From: Octopus bimaculoides
Taxonomy: Eukaryota
Length of the DNA stretch: 64,000 nucleotides
Assembly: GCF_001194135.2 (NCBI RefSeq)
Contig: NC_068983.1
Location: forward strand, 61,008,610-61,072,609
Reading direction: 5' to 3'
Shown here: positions 63,828-64,000 of the stretch, one piece after another
Position numbering within the stretch: position 1 is the stretch's first letter
Layout of the letters: each line of letters opens with the position of its first letter
Made by a program: the position numbers and the translations under genes
The notes under the pieces: generated by a model
Told to the model about the DNA's origin: nothing
Seen by the model: only the letters and a program-made list of their open reading frames with translations
Databases searched by the model: none

Positions 63828-64000
63828 ATATTCACTTGGGCACACAGGCGAGATTAATTTGACGATATTTTGTGGGGAAAAAGATAATAAAAGGTGGGAA
63901 TATTTAATCACAATGTATGTTACTCTAAGTTAAGGTGCAAAACTGCGCTACCGTAACGAAGGATGCTATTATAACTCGTTCACTGTTTGGCATCAAACGT

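Overview
Repeat-dense, AT-rich animal genomic DNA with many assembly gaps. The SINE families and the CA/TA/TAGA/TACA microsatellite load suggest an octopus or related coleoid (inference). No prokaryotic features and no CRISPR array. The only clear host gene is an intact acid ceramidase (ASAH1-like) at 61934-63100, encoded by one coding exon. The rest is nested mobile DNA: three Ty3/Gypsy relics plus a Gypsy gag with a tRNA-Trp primer site, R4/Dong-like RLE retrotransposons, at least three Penelope-like elements (PLEs), Tc1/mariner relics, several MITEs and many tRNA-derived SINEs. The most unusual signals are a set of hammerhead-ribozyme motifs, a Tx1/L1-type ORF1-only element capped by a SINE head, and two RLE 3' ends each embedded in (TACA)n. 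One hammerhead lies in a TSD-flanked PLE whose 3' region also has a tRNA-like Pol III head. All protein and RNA-structure assignments were made by eye, with no database search or folding.
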